From: Nitrososphaeria archaeon | GTDB lineage: Archaea > Thermoproteota > Nitrososphaeria > JACIWG01 | Length of the DNA stretch: 64,000 nt | Direction: 5' to 3' | Assembly (NCBI GenBank): GCA_963752255.1 | Contig: CAVVXT010000019.1 | Location: 192,001 to 256,000, forward strand | Shown: positions 42,931 through 52,369 of the stretch, one piece after another | Layout of the letters: each line of letters starts with the position of its first letter | How positions within the stretch are numbered: the first letter of the stretch is position 1 | Translations under genes and position numbers: made by a program | The notes under the pieces: model-generated | What the model saw: only the letters and a program-made list of their open reading frames with translations | The model's database searches: none | Told to the model about the DNA's origin: nothing

Positions 42931-43008
42931 TCATAACCATTGCAACGCTACGGCAGTAGCAGTTATGCTTGATATTAGCGCTATTTTTTTTATTCTATTT
43001 TCCATCAT
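42931..43008 (-). CDS. 25-aa leader ORF or S-component remnant
   Basis: MMENRIKKIALISSITATAVALQWL*; ATG about 20 nt downstream of TTTATTAA. Confidence 0.4.
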   Translation of the reverse strand: MMENRIKKIALISSITATAVALQWL

Positions 43009-43026
43009 GGTTGGATTATCCAACCA
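43008..43026. promoter_or_regulatory. Perfect palindromic operator directly downstream of a TATA box
   Basis: TGGTTGGAT-T-ATCCAACCA; second half-site at 43068-43077. Confidence 0.65.
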
Positions 43027-43084
43027 GCTTAATAAAGTATTAAACATCTAAACCCTAAAATGAAAGATGGTTGGATTTATAAGA

Positions 43085-44434
43085 TTAGAAGGGTTCGGGA
43101 TGAATTGTAACCATGCATTCTCCGGTGTATTTCTTGATCATGTTTTCGATAACATTGATTTCTTTATGGACTTCTTCAATAGAATCTATGCCATTGAATG
43201 AGCATGTGATGTCCACATATTTGTTGCCCTTACTCTTGTAAATTTTTATTGAGGAAATCTTCTTTATCTTTTGATTGGAGGCCAGTATCCTGGTAATGGC
43301 GCTGATATCTTTCTCTTCATGAATGATTTCTCCTCTGCTTGTGTCAGATGAAGCTTCTATGTGAACTGTTGTCTTTTGAATGTTGGGGAAAAAGAGTTTA
43401 ATATCTTTTTCAATCTTTTCGGAAATCTGATGAGCCTCTGACAATGGAAGATTGGGATTAACTTCAATGTGGAGGGTTAAGAGCGTCCCTTCCTCTGTTT
43501 TTGTCGAAATTATCTGATGAACGCCTTTAACATTTTTGTTCTTCATAACAACTTTTTCGACTTTATCTGAAAAAGGCAACTCTTCCTCTGCCGGTTCGTA
43601 ATGAACCATAATCGTAGCGTTTTTAACTAAACTTTTAATCCTCTCTTCTACGGTTGACGAAATATTGTGGGCGCTCTCTATGTTGATCGTAGAAGACAAT
43701 AATATTGTAACATCAATGAAATATTTTGTTCCAACCTTCCTCATCCTAAGCGACCTAAATCCCTTAAGTCCTTCGATATTCTCTAGCAAGGATTCAACAG
43801 CTTTATACTCTCTAGCAGGAGCTATATCGCTCAATTCTATGGAAGCGTTATAGATCAGCTTTAAACTTAGAAATCCGAGCATACAGCTCAGAAACATTGA
43901 GCCAAGCGCGTCGGTGAAAACAAAGCCTAAGGATGAAAGAGTTAGACCAAATAATGCCACTATCGTTGAAGAAAAATCCGCAAGGGCATCAAAAAAGCCT
44001 ACTCTGGCAGAGATCGAGTCGCTGACATTTCTTAGAATCATGATTCTGAAAACATCTATACACAGAGTGTAAAACACAGCGACAAAAGCTAAAGCCGTAA
44101 ACTCTCTGGTTAAATGCGCGCCTTGAGAGAACCTAATTATTGATTCATAAAACAGTAGGGACGCGATTCCAAAAAGCGCAATACCTCCAAATTGTCCGCC
44201 GAGCGTTTCGATCTTCCCATGACCGTACGTATGGTCGATGTCAGGAGGCTGCAATGAGACTTTTAAAGCGTAGAGCAACACCACTGTTGTTACGGCGTCA
44301 AGGGAAGCGTGAGCTGCGTCGGTAATTACAACCAAACTATTAGCTAGGAAGCCTCCTGCGAATTCGAAAAGAGCCACTGATGAAATAGCGTAGAGAGACC
44401 ATTTGATCGCTCTAACTTTATCAAAATCGCTCAT
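43085..44434 (-). CDS. Cation diffusion facilitator with three tandem C-terminal dimerisation domains
   Basis: DAAHASLD, HTYGHGKIE; three repeats ending VHYEP, VHIEA and IHPEP. Confidence 0.88.
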   Translation of the reverse strand: MSDFDKVRAIKWSLYAISSVALFEFAGGFLANSLVVITDAAHASLDAVTTVVLLYALKVSLQPPDIDHTYGHGKIETLGGQFGGIALFGIASLLFYESIIRFSQGAHLTREFTALAFVAVFYTLCIDVFRIMILRNVSDSISARVGFFDALADFSSTIVALFGLTLSSLGFVFTDALGSMFLSCMLGFLSLKLIYNASIELSDIAPAREYKAVESLLENIEGLKGFRSLRMRKVGTKYFIDVTILLSSTINIESAHNISSTVEERIKSLVKNATIMVHYEPAEEELPFSDKVEKVVMKNKNVKGVHQIISTKTEEGTLLTLHIEVNPNLPLSEAHQISEKIEKDIKLFFPNIQKTTVHIEASSDTSRGEIIHEEKDISAITRILASNQKIKKISSIKIYKSKGNKYVDITCSFNGIDSIEEVHKEINVIENMIKKYTGECMVTIHPEPF

Positions 44435-44488
44435 GCGACCCTTTCTTCTCCTAAAGCAGGAGTTTTAAGTGAGAGATTTAAGGATATT

Positions 44489-45109
44489 TTATAAGTTCAG
44501 TGTTAATGCAGCCGCAAAACATCCTAGGTACGCCTGCTGAATCCTTTCAGCACCACAGATTATTATGATATCTCCATTATTAGGGGATGTCGAAATCCTG
44601 ATCTTCTCCCATGTCTCTTGTGGGTACAGAGCTTCGCAGTCTTCTCCCCCTGGAATTTTAAAGTGCTCATCTTCATATAATAATGTTATGGCACCCTTAG
44701 CTCCATACCTTATGGATTCATCTCTTTGTTCAATTCCGTAGGACACTCTTCCTCCACCCTTATCAACTCTAACTATAACACTAAACTTACCTAAAGAAAG
44801 TGAACCAAAGGATCCTTCTTTGAGCGTTGGAAATACAGACTTTAGCTTAGAAAAAAATGTTAAACCGCTTTCGCTTAATCGGACACCTTCCCTAGTTATG
44901 TTAACTATGCCCTTCTTCTTTAACCTTCTAAGCATAGTCCTAACAGAACCTTCACCAAGTCCAAGGAAATCAGAAATTTCAGAACGACTCTTGGGAGAAA
45001 ATTTACCCAACCAATAAATAAGAAGGCCTATATATATGTGGTCAAAGGATTCCATAGGACCAGTGTATTTTTTTTGATAAATATCTTGAAGCTCACTTGT
45101 TATGGTCAT
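44489..45109 (-). CDS. Winged-helix regulator (DUF4443/DUF2111-like)
   Basis: LGLGEGSVRTMLRRL, GIEQRDESIRYGA.GA. Confidence 0.7.
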   Translation of the reverse strand: MTITSELQDIYQKKYTGPMESFDHIYIGLLIYWLGKFSPKSRSEISDFLGLGEGSVRTMLRRLKKKGIVNITREGVRLSESGLTFFSKLKSVFPTLKEGSFGSLSLGKFSVIVRVDKGGGRVSYGIEQRDESIRYGAKGAITLLYEDEHFKIPGGEDCEALYPQETWEKIRISTSPNNGDIIIICGAERIQQAYLGCFAAALTLNL

Positions 45110-45343
45110 GATATTTTAAGAATGATGACCTGTAAGTTTATAAGGCTTAGTGTTTTTTCTTTTTAATTAAAGAATTCTCCTTTTTCTGAGTTAGAGCAGA
45201 CTTGTGATCGCAAAATTATTTGTTTTTATCAAAATACACTTAAACATAAAAGTTTTAAAAAAGAGCGGAGCATCTAAGATCGTATGTTGGCATCGACAAT
45301 TGGGAAACATCGGTTTTAGCTAATTATTAGGTCTACACTGGGC

Positions 45344-46342
45344 TTATTGAGTATCGACTATTACATAATCATTTGGGTTAGGAGTGGAGTAGCTAAGTAT
45401 AGTCAATGGTTCACTAGAGGAGACCTTGTGCTTCTTAAGGGGAAGGATGTGGATTACATCTCCTTCGCTGACCTTGATCTTTTCGTCATCCAGATCGAGG
45501 TACCCTTCACCCGAAATAATATGGATCGTCTCATCCCTTTCCCCATGATAGTGCATGGGAATGGAGCATTCTTTCATAACATAGTACTGCGTTGTCATAT
45601 ACTTGTCCGAAATCGCTATACTTTTTTCGTACCCCCAAGGCTTGTCTATTCTGTTAACGAACTCCTTTTTAACTATCTCAAGATCCTTTTGGGAGTCAAC
45701 TGATTGCCAGAATGCACCTTCTTCCATATAGTAGTTGAGCAGACCTTCTTTAGCGAGAGACGGAAACACTGCCTTTTCAACAGCTCCTTCATCAAAAGCC
45801 AGAAACCGATCTTTTATGCTACCGTCTATAATATAAATGCCTGCGTTAATATAATATGGTAAAGTAGGCTTTTCTTTGAAACCGGTTATTTTACCATTAG
45901 AAAGTTCAACTATACCGAAAGGGGAAACAAGTTTTGTTACGGCAATGCTTACAGTGTTAACAGTAAAATGATCAAGCATCTGTCTGATGTTCATGTCGGT
46001 TACAATATCACCGTTCATTACAAGATAACGTTGGAAGTCATATTCCTTAAGGAGGCTATTTATCGCATATAATGTGCCACCTGGCTTCTCCTCTATTGAG
46101 TATGTGATTTTCATGCCGTTCCAGTTTTTTCCGTATTTTTCTTCTATCTTCTCATGAAGATAACCAGAAAGAAGGCAGACCTGCCTGATCCCAGCATATT
46201 TCATTTGGAAGAGTTGTCTGTCCAAAATAGAATAATTGTCTTTTATCTCAATCAGTGACTTGGGAGTATAATCGGTAATAGGTCTTAGCCTCTTGCCCAG
46301 CCCTCCACAAAGTATTCCACCTATTATATTATTAAACATCAC
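45344..46342 (-). CDS. Sugar-phosphate nucleotidyltransferase fused to a cupin domain
   Basis: CGGLGKRLRPIT..PK, NGDIVT; C-terminal KPWG..HYH..E. Confidence 0.85.
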   Translation of the reverse strand: MMFNNIIGGILCGGLGKRLRPITDYTPKSLIEIKDNYSILDRQLFQMKYAGIRQVCLLSGYLHEKIEEKYGKNWNGMKITYSIEEKPGGTLYAINSLLKEYDFQRYLVMNGDIVTDMNIRQMLDHFTVNTVSIAVTKLVSPFGIVELSNGKITGFKEKPTLPYYINAGIYIIDGSIKDRFLAFDEGAVEKAVFPSLAKEGLLNYYMEEGAFWQSVDSQKDLEIVKKEFVNRIDKPWGYEKSIAISDKYMTTQYYVMKECSIPMHYHGERDETIHIISGEGYLDLDDEKIKVSEGDVIHILPLKKHKVSSSEPLTILSYSTPNPNDYVIVDTQ

Positions 46343-46369
46343 GTGTACACTTTTATGTAATTCATTTTA

Positions 46370-47587
46370 CTACTTTTTTTCGAGAAGCTCTTTTACAGCC
46401 TTATTGATTCTGGCTACACCCTCCTGTATAGCTTCTGAGCTCGATGCAAAAGATAATCTGATGAAGTCGTATCCAGCTTTATCCGGAAATACAGAACCAG
46501 GCAAAGTTACAACGTAATATTTGTTTATCAGGCGCTCAACAAGATCTTCCGATGAAATTCCTGTCTCTTTAGTAAATTTGGATACGTTCGGAAACATATA
46601 GAATGCACCTTTACTGGGCCAGACCTCAAAGCTTGGGACCTGCCTAAGCAACTTTGCCATTAGATCCCTGCGTTTTTGGAAAAGCTGTATCATGCTCTTA
46701 ACAGGTTCCCACGTGCCTGTGATTGCTGCAACCGCGCCCTTCTGTGCGAAGCTTGTCGGGCAGGAGTATACATTCACGGCGAGCCTTGTTAGCTTTCTTG
46801 CGACATCTTCTTTAACGACCGTGTACCCTAAACGCCAACCTGTCATTGAGAACGTCTTGCTAAATCCATTTAAATAAACGACATAATCTTTCCAGTCGCT
46901 TTCTGTAAGAATGCTTTTAAACTCTGCATTATCGTATATGAAGTTATCGTATATTTCATCGACCAATAAAACTAAATTATTTTCCTTCACTATTTCATAA
47001 ACTTTTTTCACTTCGGAAGGTTTAAACAAAGCTCCGGTAGGATTTTGGGGGCTGTTCAAAACGATCATCTTCGTATTCTTTGTTACCGATGAGCGAATCT
47101 TCTCTACATCAAGACCGAAGCCCATTTCTGGCCCCAACCACCTGAGAGGCACAAACACCGGCTTAGCACCTACAAAGTACGCTACTTCAGAGTACGCTGG
47201 GAAAGCTGGTTCAGGGATAATGATCTCTTCACCGGGATTAAGATATGAAGCAACACTTAGAAATATAGAAGCTTTGCCACCAGGTGTGACTATGATTTCC
47301 GAGGATTTAACACCAGCTGCATACCGCCCATTAAGATATGACGCTATGCCGTCTCTTAGTTCTGGAATCCCAGCTGTTTCAGTGTAACCAGTAAAGCCTT
47401 CATCTAAAGCCTTCTTTGCTGCTTCAACAATATGAGGAAAAGTTGGAAGGTCAGGCTGACCTACGCCAAATGTGATCACGGGGAGCCCTCTGTTTGCAAG
47501 CTCTCTGGTTTTGCCTACGTAGATAAAGGCAGCTTCACCTATTAATTTTGGAATAATAGGCTTAATATTTTCGGTTGGAGATTTCAA
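46370..47587 (-). CDS. Class I PLP-dependent (aspartate/aromatic) aminotransferase
   Basis: GQPD, NSPQNPTG, DEIY, GFSKTFSMTGWRLG, IRLSFA. Confidence 0.92.
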   Translation of the reverse strand: MKSPTENIKPIIPKLIGEAAFIYVGKTRELANRGLPVITFGVGQPDLPTFPHIVEAAKKALDEGFTGYTETAGIPELRDGIASYLNGRYAAGVKSSEIIVTPGGKASIFLSVASYLNPGEEIIIPEPAFPAYSEVAYFVGAKPVFVPLRWLGPEMGFGLDVEKIRSSVTKNTKMIVLNSPQNPTGALFKPSEVKKVYEIVKENNLVLLVDEIYDNFIYDNAEFKSILTESDWKDYVVYLNGFSKTFSMTGWRLGYTVVKEDVARKLTRLAVNVYSCPTSFAQKGAVAAITGTWEPVKSMIQLFQKRRDLMAKLLRQVPSFEVWPSKGAFYMFPNVSKFTKETGISSEDLVERLINKYYVVTLPGSVFPDKAGYDFIRLSFASSSEAIQEGVARINKAVKELLEKK

Positions 47588-47666
47588 TCCAATACGCCTC
47601 TGTCTATGATGAATTTTAAGTTAATAAATTTTTGCAAAAAAGATGCAAGAAAAACTATTTTTAATA

Positions 47667-48605
47667 CTACATTGTTACATAATCTTTAGCAACATTCAAA
47701 ACGGCTCGCAAGAGATTCTGTAGTTCGTCTCCTATCATGTAAGTCATAGGCTCTAAGCCGAAGGCTCCTTCATCAAAGACAACAAACAAGGGTTCATTTT
47801 TTGATTTGATTATGTTCTTCACACCTTCTATGACACTATTCTCACTAAGCTTTCCACTATGTTCGGTCTTAGCGTAGGGAAGCTTTATTGATTGAACAAC
47901 AGACTTCAGCTTTTCATCGAACTTTACATTGATCACGGCTTTATAGTTTGGGTTCGTTCGTTGAATTTCAAGTAAAAGTTTTGCTATATGACTCTGAATT
48001 CCGAATTCAGGGGATGAAGTAGCTTTAGCCAGATTTCTAACCCGCACGATTCTTCCCGGTACCGTTGCGATATCGTCGATGGTTTCTGCTGAGCCCGATG
48101 ATGCCGCAATGTTAACGTAAACCTCAGGTATTATCGCAGCAAAGTAAGGAGACGTTTCAATTGAAGAAATAGCTCTTATCATGGATTTTATGAGCTCTCC
48201 CTTTTCCTCATTATATCTGGTGAATGAAAAGAGCTTCACACATGCTGTACAATCTTTTAAGGCAGATACTTTCTTTCTGTGTAAAGCGCAGACCTGTCCA
48301 CCTATTACAAGTTCACGCCAGATGGCGTGCAACGTTTCAACTGATCGAGGAATGTTTGATACGACATCATCCGCTAACATTTCTATATCTCTGTCCATCG
48401 ACTTCTCGTTCAAACCTATTTCCACTAACTTCTTTCTAAAGTAAGAAGGGTTTTTTCCAAGGTAATAGCTTATAGATGGCTGAGTGATTCCAAGTGACTG
48501 TGATATCTGAGTCTGCGAATATCCTCTGCCTTTCAGCTTATGGGCTACGAGGCCTCGCATGTTCGGAAGGAAATCCTTTGACATAATTTCACAAAACGAG
48601 AACAT
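47667..48605 (-). CDS. thiR: ThiR-like regulator (HTH plus ThiN domain)
   Basis: N-terminal HTH (LGITQPSISYY); IPEVYVNI, VPGRIV, PEFG..SHIA, GLEP. Confidence 0.8.
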   Translation of the reverse strand: MFSFCEIMSKDFLPNMRGLVAHKLKGRGYSQTQISQSLGITQPSISYYLGKNPSYFRKKLVEIGLNEKSMDRDIEMLADDVVSNIPRSVETLHAIWRELVIGGQVCALHRKKVSALKDCTACVKLFSFTRYNEEKGELIKSMIRAISSIETSPYFAAIIPEVYVNIAASSGSAETIDDIATVPGRIVRVRNLAKATSSPEFGIQSHIAKLLLEIQRTNPNYKAVINVKFDEKLKSVVQSIKLPYAKTEHSGKLSENSVIEGVKNIIKSKNEPLFVVFDEGAFGLEPMTYMIGDELQNLLRAVLNVAKDYVTM

Positions 48606-48825
48606 TTAATAATCTATTTATAAAGTGGGTTATAAAAACTTAGCTTAAGAAGAATACGTTTAAGGTTACTGGTTAAACTTCTAAAAAAGCAGAATTATAT
48701 TAGAAGAGTTCGAGATTTACAATGGTTCTTTTAAGATAGGAAGTTTAGATTCCTACAATATAAATCCTATCCATTCAGACCTGCACGAAAAGATTATATT
48801 TGAATAGGATTCTGAGAAAAAGTTA

Positions 48826-49887
48826 ATGCTCTACGTCATCCACACAACGGGGCAGTGCAACCTAAAATGTGCCTATTGTGGTGGAAGTTTTCCAAAACAG
48901 ATCGTGCCATGGGAGATAAAGTATAGTATCAGCTCTCTTAAAGAAATCGCTAAACGAGAAGAAATAGACATCTGCTTCTATGGAGGAGAACCGCTATTAA
49001 ACGCGGAGTTCATAAAAGAAGTGATCAAATGTGTTCCTGCCAAGAGGTTTATTGTACAGACGAATGGCCTTCTAGTAAAGGAATTTGATCCAAAATTCTG
49101 GGAAAACTTCGATACAATTCTTCTTTCAATAGACGGCGTTAGGGACGTCACAGATTTCTATCGTGGTGAAGGCATCTACGATAGAGTAGTTGAAGCAGCG
49201 CACATTCTCAAGGAAAGTGGGTATAGGGGCGATGTTGTTGCGAGAATGGCACTGGCCGAGGAAGGAGATATTTTTAGAGACGTAACCCATCTCCTTTCTC
49301 TAAACCTTTTCGATCACGTACATTGGCAATTGAATGTGGTTTGGAGCCAAGCTTGGAAAAATTTCGAAAAATGGGCTGAAACTAATTACATGCCAGGCAT
49401 AAAAAAGCTGGTCTATTATTGGATAAGTAACATGCAAGAGGGAAGAGTGTTGGGGATCGCGCCTTTCCAGGGTGTTTTAAGAAGGATGATCTATGGGGGA
49501 GTGGTACCACCGTGCGGTGCAGCTACTGACATGCTTTCAATATCAACAGATGGGCGAATTCTAGCATGCCCGATAGCTTTCGAAGAAAGATGGGCCGAAC
49601 TTTCCACTTTGGATGGGAATAAGAAGAATTTCAGAACATGCTTTATCAAAGAACCGTGTACTGACTGCGATGTCTTCAAAGAATGTGGAGGAAGATGTCT
49701 TTACGCCTACATGGAAAGGTTTTGGGGGGAAGATGGATTCAATAAGATCTGCGAAATAACTAAGGAACTAATATTTATGATCAGAAGCGAAAGGAACAAA
49801 ATACTTTATTTAGTAAGCAGAGGAAAAATCAAGGAGGAAGAACTCTTTTACCCAAGCTATAACAATTCAATAGAAATAATCCCTTAG
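48826..49887 (+). CDS. Radical SAM/SPASM protein (AF0577/TIGR04084-like)
   Basis: CNLKCAYCGG, YGGEPL, CGA, ACP, CxxC..CGGRC, ends EIIP. Confidence 0.82.
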   Translation: MLYVIHTTGQCNLKCAYCGGSFPKQIVPWEIKYSISSLKEIAKREEIDICFYGGEPLLNAEFIKEVIKCVPAKRFIVQTNGLLVKEFDPKFWENFDTILLSIDGVRDVTDFYRGEGIYDRVVEAAHILKESGYRGDVVARMALAEEGDIFRDVTHLLSLNLFDHVHWQLNVVWSQAWKNFEKWAETNYMPGIKKLVYYWISNMQEGRVLGIAPFQGVLRRMIYGGVVPPCGAATDMLSISTDGRILACPIAFEERWAELSTLDGNKKNFRTCFIKEPCTDCDVFKECGGRCLYAYMERFWGEDGFNKICEITKELIFMIRSERNKILYLVSRGKIKEEELFYPSYNNSIEIIP

Positions 49888-50102
49888 ACAAAATTTTTTC
49901 TTCTAATTTCTAACTGAACCGCTAAGAATTCCCGTCTCCTTTCCACTAAAGTGTCATCGGGGTCTAATGTATATAGTGTACAAAAAGGTTGATAAAATCA
50001 AAACAGGCCTAAGGTTTAAACATGATACGTTGACAAAAATTCTTGCGTTGACGTTTACGGAATGTCAGCTAAATGTTAGTGCTAGAATTTCCAGGTTCTC
50101 AG

Positions 50103-50206
50103 CGCCGGAAGGGGGAGTTGAACCCCCATGACTCTTTCGAGTCAATGGCTTTCAGTCAATCCTGTTGATTCCAGGCCATCGCCCTACCAGGTTAGGCGAT
50201 CCCGGC
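50103..50206 (-). tRNA. tRNA-Ser(GGA) with an 18-nt intron at 37/38
   Basis: GCCGGGA/UUCCGGC acceptor, AUGGC-CU-GGA-A[intron]A-GCCAU, long variable arm GACUC-GAAA-GAGUC, G73. Confidence 0.88.
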
Positions 50207-50748
50207 ACGAGTATACCTAACATATTTCTGCTAGTCTTCACTATTACTGTGAGAGTCGAAGTGGTGGGTATAAAACTTTTTTAGAGGTGTCTAGGAAATC
50301 AGCGCGTAGTAGAAGCGCTATTTTCTTTAGAGCTTCCGGTAATCTCTATCTACTGCCAACAGCTTATGTATTATAGTAAGATTGTTAATTTTTGATAGGA
50401 ACTCTAGATATCTAAAACAAACTGAAGTGCAGCATCATTTCCTTAAATCTTATAAGAATACTATAAGATAAAAATTTTTAAAAATGCCTAATAAAATTAA
50501 CAGATATCCCAGTACAATATTTAGAATCGTAAAGCCTGCTAAAGGAACTTAGAAGCTTATGCCACCCTTGAAAGCAAGAGCCTAAACTGTGTACATAAAC
50601 GACATTTACCTTAACAGATCTTCGGGAGGAAGGGACGTTCAAAGTTAGAAGGAAATCAGCACATAGATTCCATATCGATTTCTATATAGAATCCATGTAT
50701 AGATATGCAGATATCTATAGATAGAGGCAGACAGCTATATGTAATTGT

Positions 50749-50964
50749 ATGTCTGCGATAAAAAGAGGGAAGAAAGGGAGAACACACTATCCCCAATCCT
50801 ACTACCAATACAATGAAAGAAAATCAGGCATTTTTATCCGGCTTACAAAAGAGAAAAAGGAAGCATTAGATAAGTACAAGGGAACGATGAGCTACGGAGA
50901 AGCTATTGGAATTCTGGTGGATAGTTATAATATAAATAAAATAATTATGAAGAGGAATATATAA
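50749..50964 (+). CDS. Small basic protein, possibly ribbon-helix-helix
   Basis: IFIRLTKEKKEALDKYK..SYGEAIGILV resembles the RHH beta-alpha-alpha pattern. Confidence 0.4.
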   Translation: MSAIKRGKKGRTHYPQSYYQYNERKSGIFIRLTKEKKEALDKYKGTMSYGEAIGILVDSYNINKIIMKRNI

Positions 50965-51127
50965 ACTTCAAGAAACAAGCTTTTGACGAAAAAATGGAGG
51001 ATATAACAAATAAACTGTTCTAAAATCAGCCTTAAGTGATAATAAAAGCAGATGATAGCTGAAGTAATATAGAACAATAAAACTTTATTAATTGCAAGAA
51101 TTGTTTTTTTTATAATAGTGAGTATAT

Positions 51128-52126
51128 TTGAAGTATAAGCGTCTTGGAAAATCTGGAGTGAATGTATCCGAAATATGTCTGGGTGCTATGGGTTTTGGAG
51201 CTGAGGTTGATGAGACTACTGCTGCGACAATTATTCGACGGGCCGTCGATTTAGGGGTCAATTTTCTTGATACAGCAGATGTTTATAGTAAGGGCAAATC
51301 TGAGGAAATTGTTGGAAGAGCGATAAAAGATATGAGAGAAAGTATCGTGTTGGCTACAAAGGTTCGTAATCGTATGGGGGATGGCCCTAATGATGAAGGT
51401 TCAAGCCGAAAGCACATAATGTTTGCCGTTCAAGAAAGTCTTCGAAGACTTGATACAGATTATATTGATATTCTATATCTTCATAGACCAAGTAATGTGA
51501 ATATAATGAAGGGGTTTGTCGGCGAACCTGTTCCTTTGACAGAGACTTTGAGTGCTCTTACCGATTTGGTGCGATGGGGGAAAATTCGATATATAGGTTG
51601 TTCTAACTTTCCTGCATGGCTCCTTTGCAAGGCTCTTTGGACAAGTAATGTCCATGGTTTTGAAAGCTTTGTTGTCAGTCAACCTCGATACAACCTCCTC
51701 CAAAGGGAGATCGAACGCGAAATTATACCTCTATGCGTAGACCAAGGAATTGGAATTGTCCCCTACAGTCCTTTAGCAGGTGGAGCCTTGTCTGGTAAAT
51801 ATAAACCAGGTAGTCCACCTCCCGAAGGCAGCCGAGGAGCTATTAAACCAGATTTCTTTACAAGGCTCCGTTTCCACTGGGAAGACCCATATAACCTGAA
51901 GGTAATTCAGGGTTTAGAAGCCTTCTCTAAAGAAATTGGTAAGCCAATGGCGCAGATCGCTCTAGCCTGGATGCTTGCTAATCCTGCCATAACCTTGCCC
52001 ATTATAGCTGCCACTAGTGTAAAGCAACTTGAAGAGAATTTAGCCTCAACTGAACTTATTCTCAGCAAATCAGACTTAGAAAGGATTAATCAGATAGCAC
52101 CGACAATGGGCCCATACTTCACCTAA
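51128..52126 (+). CDS. Aldo/keto reductase
   Basis: DTADVY..G.SE, ATK, SLRRLDTDYID..H, YIGCSN, YSPLAGG. Confidence 0.93.
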   Translation: MKYKRLGKSGVNVSEICLGAMGFGAEVDETTAATIIRRAVDLGVNFLDTADVYSKGKSEEIVGRAIKDMRESIVLATKVRNRMGDGPNDEGSSRKHIMFAVQESLRRLDTDYIDILYLHRPSNVNIMKGFVGEPVPLTETLSALTDLVRWGKIRYIGCSNFPAWLLCKALWTSNVHGFESFVVSQPRYNLLQREIEREIIPLCVDQGIGIVPYSPLAGGALSGKYKPGSPPPEGSRGAIKPDFFTRLRFHWEDPYNLKVIQGLEAFSKEIGKPMAQIALAWMLANPAITLPIIAATSVKQLEENLASTELILSKSDLERINQIAPTMGPYFT

Positions 52127-52369
52127 ATCGATCGGATGTGAATTTTTAAGGACTATTATCAGGCTATATTAATATTAACTATCCCATTCGTGTACATATT
52201 TGATAAGAAAACGTTGTCATGTTGGAAATGTTGTCAAGCTCCTTATTCTTTACTAAAAAGCCTTTCAAAATGACCAAAGTTCTTTGGTTAAATCTCATTT
52301 CATCATGAAATTCAAACGAAACGCATTAAACGCTAAAAAATGACCTGTAATCAAATATAGCGATTAAAA

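Noticed and set aside
48615-48635. TTATAA-N6-TTATAA upstream of thiR as an operator
   Set aside because: Cannot be distinguished from TATA elements in AT-rich DNA.
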